Source: a virus
Lineage: Duplodnaviria > Caudoviricetes
Virus record (IMG/VR): IMGVR_UViG_3300043399_000215
Location: 1 to 54,799 of that record
DNA: 54,799 bases
Direction: 5' to 3' (one strand)
Numbering within the stretch: the first letter of the stretch is position 1; each line of letters starts with the position of its first letter. The notes under the pieces were generated by a model, which did no database searches, was not told the DNA's origin, and saw only the letters and a program-made list of their open reading frames with translations. The position numbers were made by a program, and so were the translations under genes. Shown piece by piece: positions 1 through 9,687 of the stretch.

Positions 1-33
1 CCCAGGATTTCTCCTAGGGTTACTACTTACACA

Positions 34-312
34 TCAAAAGAACTTATTTGTATAGTCCATATTCATCCAAGCTGGTTTACCTTCAACATCAATCCCAAGG
101 CTGTAGTCAATCCAGTAAGCGTAGTCAGTATCAGTCAATACTTTATCAGCCACTTGTTCCAAGCCTTCTATATCCTCATAAGGGCTTATAAAGAACCTAG
201 AACCATCTGATTCTCGTACTAGGTAGTACCCTCGGTAAGTACCCTTAAACTGCTCTTCAATCGCTTTCTCTTTGCTTCGTTTAGCAAAGTAACTTTTCCA
301 ATTATCTGACAT
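34..312 (-). CDS. hypothetical early protein
   Basis: 92-aa ORF with AAGGAG RBS, co-oriented with neighbours. Confidence 0.7.
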   Translation of the reverse strand: MSDNWKSYFAKRSKEKAIEEQFKGTYRGYYLVRESDGSRFFISPYEDIEGLEQVADKVLTDTDYAYWIDYSLGIDVEGKPAWMNMDYTNKFF

Positions 313-351
313 ATTAACTCCTTGGTTTAACTAAGTTCAAACAGCACAGCC

Positions 352-795
352 TTACAAGCTGTACTCAAACACAGCAACAACTCGCTTGTTAGCTCTGTTG
401 TCGAATGTATCAATAACCTCAGAGTTTACCACAGCCAAGGCATGATCTCTTGTAAGCAATACATATTTTTTATTCTTATCTGCTTTACCAAGGAATGTCT
501 TCAATGTCATACCTTGCTCTTGCTGTACGTATGAATACAAAGCCTTCAAATACCTTGCACCTCTTGTATCACCATGAATACTTACCAAGTTCAACCCAAA
601 GGTTTTATATACAGGGATAAGTATATCAAGTGTTGCACCTCGTTTGTCTTGCCTTCCGTGGTGCTTCAGAGCAGCATGAGCCTTTGCGTAGCCTATACCT
701 GTTGCATTAGCCAATGCTCGTACTGTGCAATCATCGCTTTCATTCTCTTTGGTTGCACCTGTTGCACTGCTCTTGATGAATTGAATCTTACGCAT
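352..795 (-). CDS. hypothetical protein, possible Cys-His-Asp (papain-like) fold
   Basis: DDCTVRALANA...HALAVVNSEVIDTFD pattern; GAGG RBS. Confidence 0.5.
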   Translation of the reverse strand: MRKIQFIKSSATGATKENESDDCTVRALANATGIGYAKAHAALKHHGRQDKRGATLDILIPVYKTFGLNLVSIHGDTRGARYLKALYSYVQQEQGMTLKTFLGKADKNKKYVLLTRDHALAVVNSEVIDTFDNRANKRVVAVFEYSL

Positions 796-827
796 ATAAA
801 CCTCTTGGTTGGTTGCTGAAGGTTTGA

Positions 828-1100
828 TTATATACCTTCTACGATAGCTTTTACATGCTTGTACAATTCTTTTTTAGTCTTGCGATTCAGCACCACCCCT
901 GCTCCTTTTCGCACTATCCCAAGGACATACCAATCTTCTGTGAACAAGGTTATATCATCTTTAGAGATACTTGCAATCAAAAACTGCAACTCATAGTCAG
1001 CTTGCTCATAAGTAAAGCCAAAGCTGTACATCAGGCGCTGACGTATAGCTTCTTTGGTTTGTTGCGTGTTTACAGCCTTGGCTTGTACTACTCGTTGCAT
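828..1100 (-). CDS. hypothetical protein
   Basis: AAGGAG RBS and upstream TGGTATATAAT -10 element. Confidence 0.65.
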   Translation of the reverse strand: MQRVVQAKAVNTQQTKEAIRQRLMYSFGFTYEQADYELQFLIASISKDDITLFTEDWYVLGIVRKGAGVVLNRKTKKELYKHVKAIVEGI

Positions 1101-1330
1101 GTCATCTCCTTGGTTGGTATGCTTTGATTATATACCAAAAACCTCAGTCTTCCCAAAGCTCATGAGAGCAATTCATTGCGACTTTAGAATAATCATAACT
1201 TTTCTTCTTGTTCTTGTGTTTACCTGCACCTGTCTTGTTGTTAATCAAAATCTGAATACGTTGCTTCTTGCGAAGTTTCTTCAGGTTGATTTCAATTTTA
1301 AGGGCTTTGTCTTTCATGCTTTACCCTTTG

Positions 1331-1615
1331 TTAAACAGCAACAGCTTCAACACCAGCAGATCGAACCGAAAGGATTGTATCTCGGTTGATACTGCGGTAA
1401 GCACCTTTCTGTGTATCAAAGATAGTAATGTACTTATCTTCTGGTACGGTCTTTTTACCACCTTTGAGGTGCGAAGTTACACCAAGGCGACCTACTATAG
1501 TGCGAACTGTGTTATCACGTTTTACAAAAGTGCAGGATACAAACCGACCATTACTTTGCTCAATAATCTCAGCAAGTTTACGAGAACCAGAAGCATTGTT
1601 TTGAATATCAGTCAT
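1331..1615 (-). CDS. WYL-like/Sm-SH3 fold protein (DUF2693-like)
   Basis: FVKRDNTVRTIVG...IFDTQKGAYRSINRDTI matches the F-x-K-x-D-x(3)-R ... YFD...(W/Y)RS pattern of this phage family. Confidence 0.55.
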   Translation of the reverse strand: MTDIQNNASGSRKLAEIIEQSNGRFVSCTFVKRDNTVRTIVGRLGVTSHLKGGKKTVPEDKYITIFDTQKGAYRSINRDTILSVRSAGVEAVAV

Positions 1616-1706
1616 GATGTTTTCCTTTCGGTTGGTTATTAGTAAGGCTTAAGTATATAGGATTTTTGAGATATTTTACGAAATTGCTTAGAAATTTTTA
1701 CTTGAC

Positions 1707-1913
1707 TTAATCAGCACGTAGCTCAATAATCTTACGACCAGTATAAGTACCTACTGCGCTCTCTGTGAAATCGTAGAAAGTACAGCAATCCAAATCAATA
1801 TCGTCCATCAGCATGTAAGTTTCGTAACCAGACCGAGATTCTTTACCGCACTCAACCTCTGCATCTTGCGGTTGTGTTTTCAGCCAATCAATCAGTTGTG
1901 CTACTGTCGTCAT
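1707..1913 (-). CDS. hypothetical protein
   Basis: RBS in repeated leader; MTTVAQLIDWLKTQPQDAEV is a common phage small-protein N-terminus. Confidence 0.65.
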   Translation of the reverse strand: MTTVAQLIDWLKTQPQDAEVECGKESRSGYETYMLMDDIDLDCCTFYDFTESAVGTYTGRKIIELRAD

Positions 1914-1937
1914 TTGGTTTCCTTCGTTTGTTGAATT

Positions 1938-2153
1938 TCAGTAAGTGTACCACAAAACATTACCACCTCTGTCTGTAACACAGGCTCGTACAAATGTTAC
2001 TTCTTTACTTGCTGTTTTGTAGTGCTTTGCAGCATCCTTAGCTTCTTCCAAGGTTTCATAGCAATCGTATTTATCACCGTACTGTGTTTCATTTTCATCA
2101 AAGTAAGTCACGTAGTAGTAATCATCATAATTTTCTTGGTACTTATTCATCAT
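1938..2153 (-). CDS. hypothetical acidic, Tyr-rich protein
   Basis: GGAGG RBS; overlaps upstream stop. Confidence 0.6.
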   Translation of the reverse strand: MMNKYQENYDDYYYVTYFDENETQYGDKYDCYETLEEAKDAAKHYKTASKEVTFVRACVTDRGGNVLWYTY

Positions 2154-2367
2154 TTACCTCCGTTACAATACAAACTCTTTCACAAAACCTAGCATCAGAT
2201 GCGTAGCAATTTTTAAGATATTGCTGCATTTTCAGCGCCTTGCTGAAGTCATTAGTATAACCCCAATCTGACTGCTTACCGTTGGGCAGCTTTTCTTTCT
2301 TACTACAAACATAAGCAATGCTGCTGTTTTTACCAAAACCCAGGACTGTTTGGCAGATGTACTTCAT
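2143..2367 (-). CDS. hypothetical protein (start moved to MKYICQ)
   Basis: ATG at 2367 follows the same 24-nt leader/RBS as the gene at 1913. Confidence 0.6.
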   Translation of the reverse strand: MKYICQTVLGFGKNSSIAYVCSKKEKLPNGKQSDWGYTNDFSKALKMQQYLKNCYASDARFCERVCIVTEVNDE

Positions 2368-2473
2368 TTGGTTTCCTTCGTTTGTTGCGATGCCTGTAGT
2401 ATAAAACAAAAACAACCTCTAAGCAGCAGATAAGAACAAATCTTTTCTACTACCTAGAGGTACTTCATAGCTT

Positions 2474-3091
2474 TTAACTATCTTGCTTATCTTTATTTTT
2501 CTTAGCATAAAACACATGATCTTTGTATTGCTGTACTTTTTGCATTGTTTTAATCCATCTGTTCTTTATTCCTGTCTTAGCATACCACAGTACATCCCTA
2601 GGCATAGAAGGCTTTAAATCATCCTTAGAGGCTTTTTCAGCAATAAGCAAGGCTTGGGTGTAGGCCTCATACTCCGAAGGCTTGTAGGGGATTCTAGTGC
2701 TTCCTACAGGTATATTCCAATCGTTTCTATAGCTGAATTGCTTGTCTTGCTTGACTACTTCACAAGCTGAAGCAGGGTACAACCCTGACTTGGTTCTGTT
2801 GTTTATAACTTCAGCTACTTTGTGCATACCAGCATACCCTTGGTTTCTACTTTCGTACCATATGGCCTCAAGGTAGCAATCCTTCTCTGATAGTCCAACA
2901 GGTTTGACTTCTCCTGTTAGTTCTTTTGTTGATCTAGGTTCATAAACTGCTTGCACTGCTATCAATGCAATCACCATACAAGCTGCTACAAACCAGAAAT
3001 AAAGCAAGTAACTAAGGTATCTCTTGATACCTATTTCTTTAATCTTCTGTGTCAGGCTTTGATTCAAGGTATTTGTCATAAGCAATGTCAA
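2474..3091 (-). CDS. SleB-like cell wall hydrolase (Hydrolase_2) with N-terminal TM helix
   Basis: LEAIWYESRNQ...VAEVINNR...YP...CEVVKQ..QFS...HVFY motifs. Confidence 0.85.
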   Translation of the reverse strand: MTLLMTNTLNQSLTQKIKEIGIKRYLSYLLYFWFVAACMVIALIAVQAVYEPRSTKELTGEVKPVGLSEKDCYLEAIWYESRNQGYAGMHKVAEVINNRTKSGLYPASACEVVKQDKQFSYRNDWNIPVGSTRIPYKPSEYEAYTQALLIAEKASKDDLKPSMPRDVLWYAKTGIKNRWIKTMQKVQQYKDHVFYAKKNKDKQDS

Positions 3092-3207
3092 TTTCTTCTA
3101 GGTTGTATCGTAGTTTATCTCGTGTTTGTTTATCAGCATTGTACCAGAGGTTGCTGATAGTATGCAGCATTTGCTCGATCAGTTTGTCTTTCTCTTGTTC
3201 GGTCATT

Positions 3208-3423
3208 TCATTCCCCTAGTAGTTTGTTTATAGCTACTGAAGCATCTAATTTCTTACCCCAATCATCTGTCTCAAAAGCATCCAAACATTGTTTCAGTAG
3301 TGCAATATTATTTCCTTGACAAATCGCTTCAAGTGCCTCGGAAAACTCAGCATAGTTGTCGTCGTCTAAGTTGTTCCGCAAGAAGCTGTCAAGCATGTAG
3401 TATGCATAATCAGTGTTCATCAT
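3208..3423 (-). CDS. hypothetical protein
   Basis: GGAG RBS, coupled to the upstream gene. Confidence 0.6.
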   Translation of the reverse strand: MMNTDYAYYMLDSFLRNNLDDDNYAEFSEALEAICQGNNIALLKQCLDAFETDDWGKKLDASVAINKLLGE

Positions 3424-3697
3424 TCAACTCCATCTCCTTGTAATCAACATCTTCTAACAACTTGGCTATTGTTGATAGGTTGTGTGCCCAGACACCACCT
3501 TCTATTGTTATCCAATGCTCATCTAGCTCGATACTGTCACCAACAATCACCTCGTATTTGATGTTATTAGCACCGGGCAACCCAGCCTCCATAAATGCAG
3601 CAATGAATTTAGCGCATTGTTGGTTGTCGTAGAACCTGAATTGCAAATCCCAAGTACAGATACTGGCTCTGCCGCGAATAGTTGGCCCATATAGCAC
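3410..3697 (-). CDS. hypothetical protein
   Basis: AAGGAG RBS with upstream promoter-like TATAAT. Confidence 0.6.
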   Translation of the reverse strand: MLYGPTIRGRASICTWDLQFRFYDNQQCAKFIAAFMEAGLPGANNIKYEVIVGDSIELDEHWITIEGGVWAHNLSTIAKLLEDVDYKEMELNDEH

Positions 3698-3794
3698 TCT
3701 AACTCCTTGTGTTGATAAATTGTAATACTTAGTATTATAGACAAATTATGCTGCTAATGTCTATAATAGCAAACTTATACTATAAATTCAAAGG

Positions 3795-4013
3795 TTATTT
3801 CTTTACTCCTAACAGCTGCTCAACAATCGAGCAACGGTAGCCATGTTCATTCATGACATTCAATACACGCTGCGTTGTTGCACTATCACATAGAAGCCCA
3901 TATTCAACCTGACCATTTTTACCTACCCATGCTTCAAGAATGAATTCGTACTTTATGAGTTCACGATTATTTAACCAAGCCTCTTTCATTGTTGAATAAT
4001 TTAAGTCTATCAT
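3795..4013 (-). CDS. hypothetical protein
   Basis: ATGA overlap with the upstream ORF; both end LGVKK. Confidence 0.6.
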   Translation of the reverse strand: MIDLNYSTMKEAWLNNRELIKYEFILEAWVGKNGQVEYGLLCDSATTQRVLNVMNEHGYRCSIVEQLLGVKK

Positions 4014-4285
4014 TTTTTCACTCCTAGTACATCTGAATGCAATATATCGCTTACAAAACCCATGTGCGTGTAATGCTCAAGGTGCTTTCGTCGTTGATTG
4101 TACAGCATAAGCATGGCATCTACAACTTGTTGAGGAAAACCTTGCCTAGTATTTTCCCTAGTATCTTGCAGCATGTAGTTCATCCACAAAGCTAGGATTT
4201 CGTCATCTTTCCAGTAAGCTGTGACGATATTACAGAGGTTTTTATAAGGTTTAAATACCTCTAGGTATTCTTCTAAAGTTTGCAT
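4010..4285 (-). CDS. hypothetical protein
   Basis: AAGGA RBS. Confidence 0.6.
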   Translation of the reverse strand: MQTLEEYLEVFKPYKNLCNIVTAYWKDDEILALWMNYMLQDTRENTRQGFPQQVVDAMLMLYNQRRKHLEHYTHMGFVSDILHSDVLGVKK

Positions 4286-4956
4286 TTGATTCCTTAACTA
4301 TTAGTCCTGACTTGCTCTACCACAGCCAACAGATTGTTTTGAATCTCAGGGCTTGACCATTGCAGATTATACACTTCTTTTTGTTCTTTACCAAGGTATC
4401 TTGCAATATAGTCCCCTTGTATAAGACAAAGTTGAATATCTTGAATAACTTGAGGCATTAAAACAACCCTTCTTCAATATCTGACAAGTCATGCTTGGTA
4501 GGTTTGAACTTCTGCTCAAGCAAGGCTTTGCTTTCTGATGTTCTTTCACTGTTGACTACAGGAAAAGGCCAGTTTGTAGGTTTGTCATCAGGTTTCATTC
4601 TTCTCCGCGCTTTTGCTTGCGTTGCTTCTCGTAGTCCTGCTTCTTGTCTTTCTTTTGTTTCTTATCTACAGGTTCTTCGTAACCAGCATCATCCCAATGA
4701 CTTCGTTTGTTAGTCTTCTTGGTCTGAAAGTAACTGCTTTGCATTTTATTCTCCAACTGCTTTAGCTTCGGTAAACACACCGTCACGGATGATTCGGATT
4801 GATTCTTCAGATAGCTCCCACTTCGCTCGCTCGACAAGATCACCATGTTCGTCACGCAGTAACGCTAGGCACAACTCGTTTTCAGTCATCGGTCGGTGCA
4901 GCGTTATCGTTTTGTCGTGTGTGTTGATCGTGTAGCTTTTTTGTTGTTTCATGCTT

Positions 4957-5259
4957 TTATTCTCCAGTTGCTTTTGCAATGGCTGCAAGGGCTTCAATAA
5001 CGTCAGGGTGCTCTTTGTGTAGTTCGCTTGGGAACGATTCGGCCATGTTTGCAAGAGCCTGTAGAGCCTGCAACAAATCAGGCGCAGCGGCAATCAGACG
5101 GGCGTTGGCCCGCCTTTGGTCAGTATCCAGACCGCAGACAGCATCAACAATGTCTAACCCGCGTCCCTTATCACCAACGTCCATGTGAACACAGAAGCTG
5201 GTTGATCTTCCAAGGTATTGCCCGACTTTCCAAGGCCCTGGTGTGTGCTGTGTTTTCAT
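4957..5259 (-). CDS. conserved phage hypothetical protein (HTPGPW...ANARLIAAAPDLL family)
   Basis: hallmark motifs; GAGG RBS before ATG 5259. Confidence 0.75.
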   Translation of the reverse strand: MKTQHTPGPWKVGQYLGRSTSFCVHMDVGDKGRGLDIVDAVCGLDTDQRRANARLIAAAPDLLQALQALANMAESFPSELHKEHPDVIEALAAIAKATGE

Positions 5260-5402
5260 TTTATTCCTCGTACTTAGTTGAAAGGTAGTTGTTGAACTCA
5301 GTGCTGTAATCATAACTCGAAAACTCATCAAAATCGTAGTCTCTGATGAAAAAACTTTCTTTTTTCTCTTTCTTGCTGGGTTTTTTCTTTTCTTTACAAC
5401 CT

Positions 5403-5990
5403 TCAAGAGTTTGCTTTTGCTTTTCCTGCATCACCTTTACCTCCCTTCATTGGTACAGCTATGATTCTATCATGCTCGAACATATCCCAATTATACCTCA
5501 ACAAAGCATGAGTTTTCTTGAACCTGAATATCCATTCTGTAATAATAAAGTTACTCAAGCTGTTTTTCATTGTCGTGATTTCACTGGCTGTCAGCGTACC
5601 TTTACCACTGGCAAGGCATAGCAGCATACCCATTAGCAGCAAATCCTTGTACATCTGCTCTTGCTCTACCTTGCTGAATATTACGCTGCCTGTATCTTTG
5701 GTTTCAACAGCAGATACTACACCATTGAGCATGTTTACTTCCATGTCACTCAAGGTACTGAAGTAATACCCAAGAGTAAAGTAAGGTTTATAGGTCAACT
5801 CCATAGCTACTTTTTTAACAAAATCAGGTAAGCCTTTGGCTTGCAGTACCTTACCTAAATCAATGTTATACAAGTTACTTACAATTTCTTCTTTCTCAGG
5901 TTGAATCAACCTTTGATGTTCAAGCAAGTGCAGTTCTTGTACTTTCAGGAAAGCCCATTTGTTTAGATCATACGCTTCGTTTTCATTCAT
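5403..5990 (-). CDS. hypothetical protein
   Basis: GAGG RBS before MNENE. Confidence 0.65.
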   Translation of the reverse strand: MNENEAYDLNKWAFLKVQELHLLEHQRLIQPEKEEIVSNLYNIDLGKVLQAKGLPDFVKKVAMELTYKPYFTLGYYFSTLSDMEVNMLNGVVSAVETKDTGSVIFSKVEQEQMYKDLLLMGMLLCLASGKGTLTASEITTMKNSLSNFIITEWIFRFKKTHALLRYNWDMFEHDRIIAVPMKGGKGDAGKAKANS

Positions 5991-6015
5991 ATCCTCAACC
6001 TTGCTTTCTTTGCTT

Positions 6016-6450
6016 TTAAATAACTTCTTCAGGGCTTCGTTCATCCAGCGCAGCAATACCTTGTTCATAATCTTTCTGCATTTGAAGGTCTTTCATGGTT
6101 TTCTTTAGGATTTCAGCAGGTTTAAACTTGCATGAGACTATTGTATCAGTTAAATGCAGGCTTGTAATCTTGCTGGTGTAATGATTAGGTAGTTTAATAA
6201 TTCTTGGTTCATAAGTCTTAAGAGCAAAAGAACCAAGGTTATCAATCTGGCTTCTCTTGCCTTCCACCATCCTCGTAGCAATGCAATAGCTCAAGCAATC
6301 CAGAATGTCCTTGACTTGGTACTTGTAGTAACCAGAAGCCTCTACAACGTCCTGAATCAACTCTCTGTAGGCTTTGCTTGTGTACTTGCGGTAAGGTACT
6401 TCAAGTAGTTCCGAATCGTCTTGGTCTTCGTTGTAGAGGTCTTCTTGCAT
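6016..6450 (-). CDS. HU/IHF-family DNA-binding protein
   Basis: ELIQDVVEASG...VKDILD...I...MVEGKRSQIDNLGSF...PR...KFKPA follows the HU fold pattern. Confidence 0.7.
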   Translation of the reverse strand: MQEDLYNEDQDDSELLEVPYRKYTSKAYRELIQDVVEASGYYKYQVKDILDCLSYCIATRMVEGKRSQIDNLGSFALKTYEPRIIKLPNHYTSKITSLHLTDTIVSCKFKPAEILKKTMKDLQMQKDYEQGIAALDERSPEEVI

Positions 6451-6451
6451 A

Positions 6452-7117
6452 TCAACTTTCAATCTTGAATATTTCAGAAATTACTTTAGCAATCTCCACC
6501 GCTAATTCTCGATGCTCTTTCTGTGTTGAAGCATCTGTACGAACCTGAATGTAGTGAATCCAAGAGCGAATTGTACCATTGACGTACATGCGTGACGCAA
6601 TATTGCCTTCAGGAAGAACACAGCGAGCTTGTTCTTTTGCAATACCGTTATTAATAGCCCAAGTATATACTTCTTTTGACAACTCAATAAGTTGTTTTTG
6701 CTTTGCAATCCAACTTTCATTCAAATCAAAATGCAAAGAATTGTCAAGATTTACTTCGATAGAATTTTGACGGTTTTTATTATCTTGTAATCGCAATTCA
6801 CGAATAACAAATTCAAGGTCTTCGACAGGATTTGCATACCGCTGGCTAAACTCTTGAAAACTAAAACTACGATGACGCAAGAACTGCCTTGCAATATCTC
6901 GGGTTGTTTCTATCTCAAGCGTAGCACTGCACATCTCCAGCGGTGACCAATGCAAGTTTTTTACCAAGTATTTAATCAGCTTATCGGCTGTTTCATTGTT
7001 AAACTGATTACTTGGATTTGACACTCTTGCACAAAATGCAATCAATTCTTTTGCGTCAGAAAAAGAGTCTTTAAATTCTTCAGATGGTTGTGTATAACCA
7101 ATTAGTTTTACTTTCAT
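6452..7117 (-). CDS. thyX: FAD-dependent thymidylate synthase
   Basis: HWSPLE, RQFLRHRSFSFQEFSQRY (RHRx7S), EQARCVLP, TQKEHR. Confidence 0.97.
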   Translation of the reverse strand: MKVKLIGYTQPSEEFKDSFSDAKELIAFCARVSNPSNQFNNETADKLIKYLVKNLHWSPLEMCSATLEIETTRDIARQFLRHRSFSFQEFSQRYANPVEDLEFVIRELRLQDNKNRQNSIEVNLDNSLHFDLNESWIAKQKQLIELSKEVYTWAINNGIAKEQARCVLPEGNIASRMYVNGTIRSWIHYIQVRTDASTQKEHRELAVEIAKVISEIFKIES

Positions 7118-7130
7118 TTAATTCCTTTAA

Positions 7131-7337
7131 TCAATTCGTAATAAAAATATACAATTCTTCATCCAGCTCTACTGTACTATCAACATGCTCAAGTAGCATA
7201 GCATAGATAATACCCAACCTATCAATAACAAGTTGACTACCAAGAGTCTGGTTCTTGTTTTGGAACTTTTCATGATTCCATTTTTCATGCACAATGTCTT
7301 TTACTTTTTGAGTAGGTAGTTTAATTTTGAGTTGCAT
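7131..7337 (-). CDS. hypothetical protein
   Basis: AAAGGA RBS. Confidence 0.55.
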   Translation of the reverse strand: MQLKIKLPTQKVKDIVHEKWNHEKFQNKNQTLGSQLVIDRLGIIYAMLLEHVDSTVELDEELYIFITN

Positions 7338-7354
7338 GTTAAATCCTTTCTGTC

Positions 7355-7582
7355 TTAATCATAAAGCAAATAATAATCAGTCTCTACGTACTGAATACCG
7401 TACTCAACGTAGCCAATCTCTTTTTGCAAAACTCTTGCTGCCCTAGATGCTTCAATGTAATCGGTGTACTTTTCTTTGCAACCTTTAGTTTCATTGAGCA
7501 AATAAGCACCTACGTTATAAGGTTGGTGTTTCTCAAACCAATAGAAGTTATCCCATGCTTGAGTATGAAACACTCTAAACAC
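7355..7582 (-). CDS. hypothetical protein
   Basis: ORF in operon context. Confidence 0.45.
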   Translation of the reverse strand: MFRVFHTQAWDNFYWFEKHQPYNVGAYLLNETKGCKEKYTDYIEASRAARVLQKEIGYVEYGIQYVETDYYLLYD

Positions 7583-7676
7583 TTCATAAGGTTCTACGTT
7601 CTGAAAGCAACCAACTCCGCATGATACCTTGTTGCTCCAAGTTCGCAGTACGATAATAGTATTATCTGCACTAATT

Positions 7677-8489
7677 TTAATTCTCCTTTGTTGTTAACTT
7701 TATGAGGTCAGATTTTACGAGAGTGTTTCTAAATCCGATAGCAGCAACAAGAGCGTCTTCTTGATTATGAAAAGAAGTATTTCTCCCCATTCGAGCTTTT
7801 GGATTGAAAGAAAATGATTTTTGTTTTCTGGTACAATTGTCCGTCCAAGATACACAATACTCGTATCTTTTGCTTATTAACCTTATATTTTGAAATCCAC
7901 AATTAGACCCGGAGTGAGTACGATTTTTACAGTTATCAGACTGAGTAACTAATCTAAGATTGTCCGGTGAGTTATTTTTAGTATTTCCATCTATGTGATC
8001 TACAACAAGATTTGTTGAAACATCAATAGAGTGTTTTAAGCAGTAAATTACTCTGTGTATACCAAATGATTCACCATTTATTATGATACTTCCGTATTTA
8101 CTATTCTTACTTAAGCAACCTGCAACACTTCCAGATTTTTTAGCATTTGATTTGTCCACTCTCCATCGTAACCTTGTTGGTGATAAGTCATCATAGAGTA
8201 AAAGTTTTGAAATATCTTGATAACATATCGTTTTTACTTTACCTGCGTTTTTACGTTTATTAAAACGTAATGTATCATAGTGTTTATGTATTAAATTGTT
8301 CTCATAATCAATGGAATCAAATTTAGAAAGATTTTGTTCTATGATGATTTTATCTAATGTATCCCACATAGAGAGATGTTCGATTGTTCTACCATTTTTA
8401 GAATTATATCTAAGTCCGCAACCACTACCTATATATACTATACTGCCATTTAAAACATGCTTGTAAACATAATATTTATCAGCAGACAT
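7677..8489 (-). CDS. free-standing homing endonuclease, GIY-YIG-like N-domain plus HNH domain
   Basis: YVY...YIGSG; HRVIY...VVDHIDGNTKNNSPDNLRLVTQSDN; AT-rich relative to neighbours. Confidence 0.85.
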   Translation of the reverse strand: MSADKYYVYKHVLNGSIVYIGSGCGLRYNSKNGRTIEHLSMWDTLDKIIIEQNLSKFDSIDYENNLIHKHYDTLRFNKRKNAGKVKTICYQDISKLLLYDDLSPTRLRWRVDKSNAKKSGSVAGCLSKNSKYGSIIINGESFGIHRVIYCLKHSIDVSTNLVVDHIDGNTKNNSPDNLRLVTQSDNCKNRTHSGSNCGFQNIRLISKRYEYCVSWTDNCTRKQKSFSFNPKARMGRNTSFHNQEDALVAAIGFRNTLVKSDLIKLTTKEN

Positions 8490-8912
8490 TCAAATCCTTT
8501 CAACTTCTACGTTGTTACGATGCAAGTATTCTACACCAGATTCATCTCTGTATGCATGTCGGTAGTAAACTTTTTTGATACCTGCATCAACAATATCTAT
8601 AGCACAGAACTTACAGCAAGCATGAGTGCAGAATAGCACAGCACCAACTGCACTTTGGTTACTTCTGACAAGACCCATTAGGGCGTTCTTTTCGCTGTGC
8701 CTAACCCTGGGGTCTGTAGTACCGTCTTCTAGCTCGCAAGGGTCACTTATATGCTCTGCATGAGCATTGTAACCGCAAGAAATAATCCTGTTGTCTTTTA
8801 CGATTACACTACCAACCTTTAACCTTGTAGCGTTACTGCACTCAGCAAATGCTTCAGCGCATTTCATATAAGCTAGTTTATGCTTGGGTTTCATAGTCTT
8901 TCTACTTCCCAT
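8490..8912 (-). CDS. dCMP deaminase
   Basis: KVGSVIVKDNRIISCGYN, HSEKNAL, CxxC, IVDAGIKKVYY. Confidence 0.9.
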   Translation of the reverse strand: MGSRKTMKPKHKLAYMKCAEAFAECSNATRLKVGSVIVKDNRIISCGYNAHAEHISDPCELEDGTTDPRVRHSEKNALMGLVRSNQSAVGAVLFCTHACCKFCAIDIVDAGIKKVYYRHAYRDESGVEYLHRNNVEVERI

Positions 8913-9226
8913 CCATCATCTGTTGTGTATTTTACTACAGAAATACCATATGCTTTGATAGCTTCTTGGCATACTCTGCAAGGTTTAGCAAGGGCTGTAC
9001 TTCCGTCTTTGTTGTAGCGTTCTACAGTCAATGTATGCACTTGCTTGTCCCTAGCTTTGAGTATAGCAGAAATCTCAGCATGAAGGTACTCTTTGAAAGG
9101 TATATTTGCTTTTTCACTGAAGTATTTCATCACCGGATGGCTTTTCTTGTAGTCATTCCAAGAAACAGACAAAAGCCTACCTTTGCTATCGTAGGCTTTG
9201 GCTAGTATCAGATACTTCTTACGCAT
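8891..9226 (-). CDS. second cytidine/deoxycytidylate deaminase-fold protein
   Basis: HAEISAI and PCRVC zinc motifs. Confidence 0.75.
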   Translation of the reverse strand: MRKKYLILAKAYDSKGRLLSVSWNDYKKSHPVMKYFSEKANIPFKEYLHAEISAILKARDKQVHTLTVERYNKDGSTALAKPCRVCQEAIKAYGISVVKYTTDDGWEVERL

Positions 9227-9422
9227 GACCCTTAAGTCGCTTAGAAAGCTCTACAATGCGTTTTTGCAACTTGCTGCTACCTCGGTATTCACTAGGTGCT
9301 GAAAGCTGCTCATACGCTTGATTAGATGCCTTGCTGCGAGTGTATTGCTGTTCATTTAGGTAATAATCAGAGTAATCCTCTGAGTTTATAAAGTTCCAGT
9401 AGCGTTCTTTGATTTTACTCAT
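9219..9422 (-). CDS. hypothetical protein
   Basis: AAGGA RBS, overlapping neighbours. Confidence 0.55.
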   Translation of the reverse strand: MSKIKERYWNFINSEDYSDYYLNEQQYTRSKASNQAYEQLSAPSEYRGSSKLQKRIVELSKRLKGHA

Positions 9423-9678
9423 GGTAATCCTTCACTTCATAACCAAGATGGTTAAAGATGGCTTTAAATACATATTCTTGTTCGTAGCTAGTAACACCGT
9501 AGCAACTTGCCTCGGGTAGCAATTCAAGTATTACTTCACCGTTCATTCGTACCACAGCACCATCTGCATAAGCACCACCGCATGTTTCGCAATCAAAGTA
9601 ATCAGCAATCCACTCAATCTCAATCAGGTTGAGGTCATGCACAGCCTGTACTTTGTCTTCATCTGCTAGTTCGATCAT
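9415..9678 (-). CDS. hypothetical protein (CETC motif)
   Basis: AAGGAG RBS. Confidence 0.65.
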   Translation of the reverse strand: MIELADEDKVQAVHDLNLIEIEWIADYFDCETCGGAYADGAVVRMNGEVILELLPEASCYGVTSYEQEYVFKAIFNHLGYEVKDYHE

Positions 9679-9687
9679 GCTATCTCC

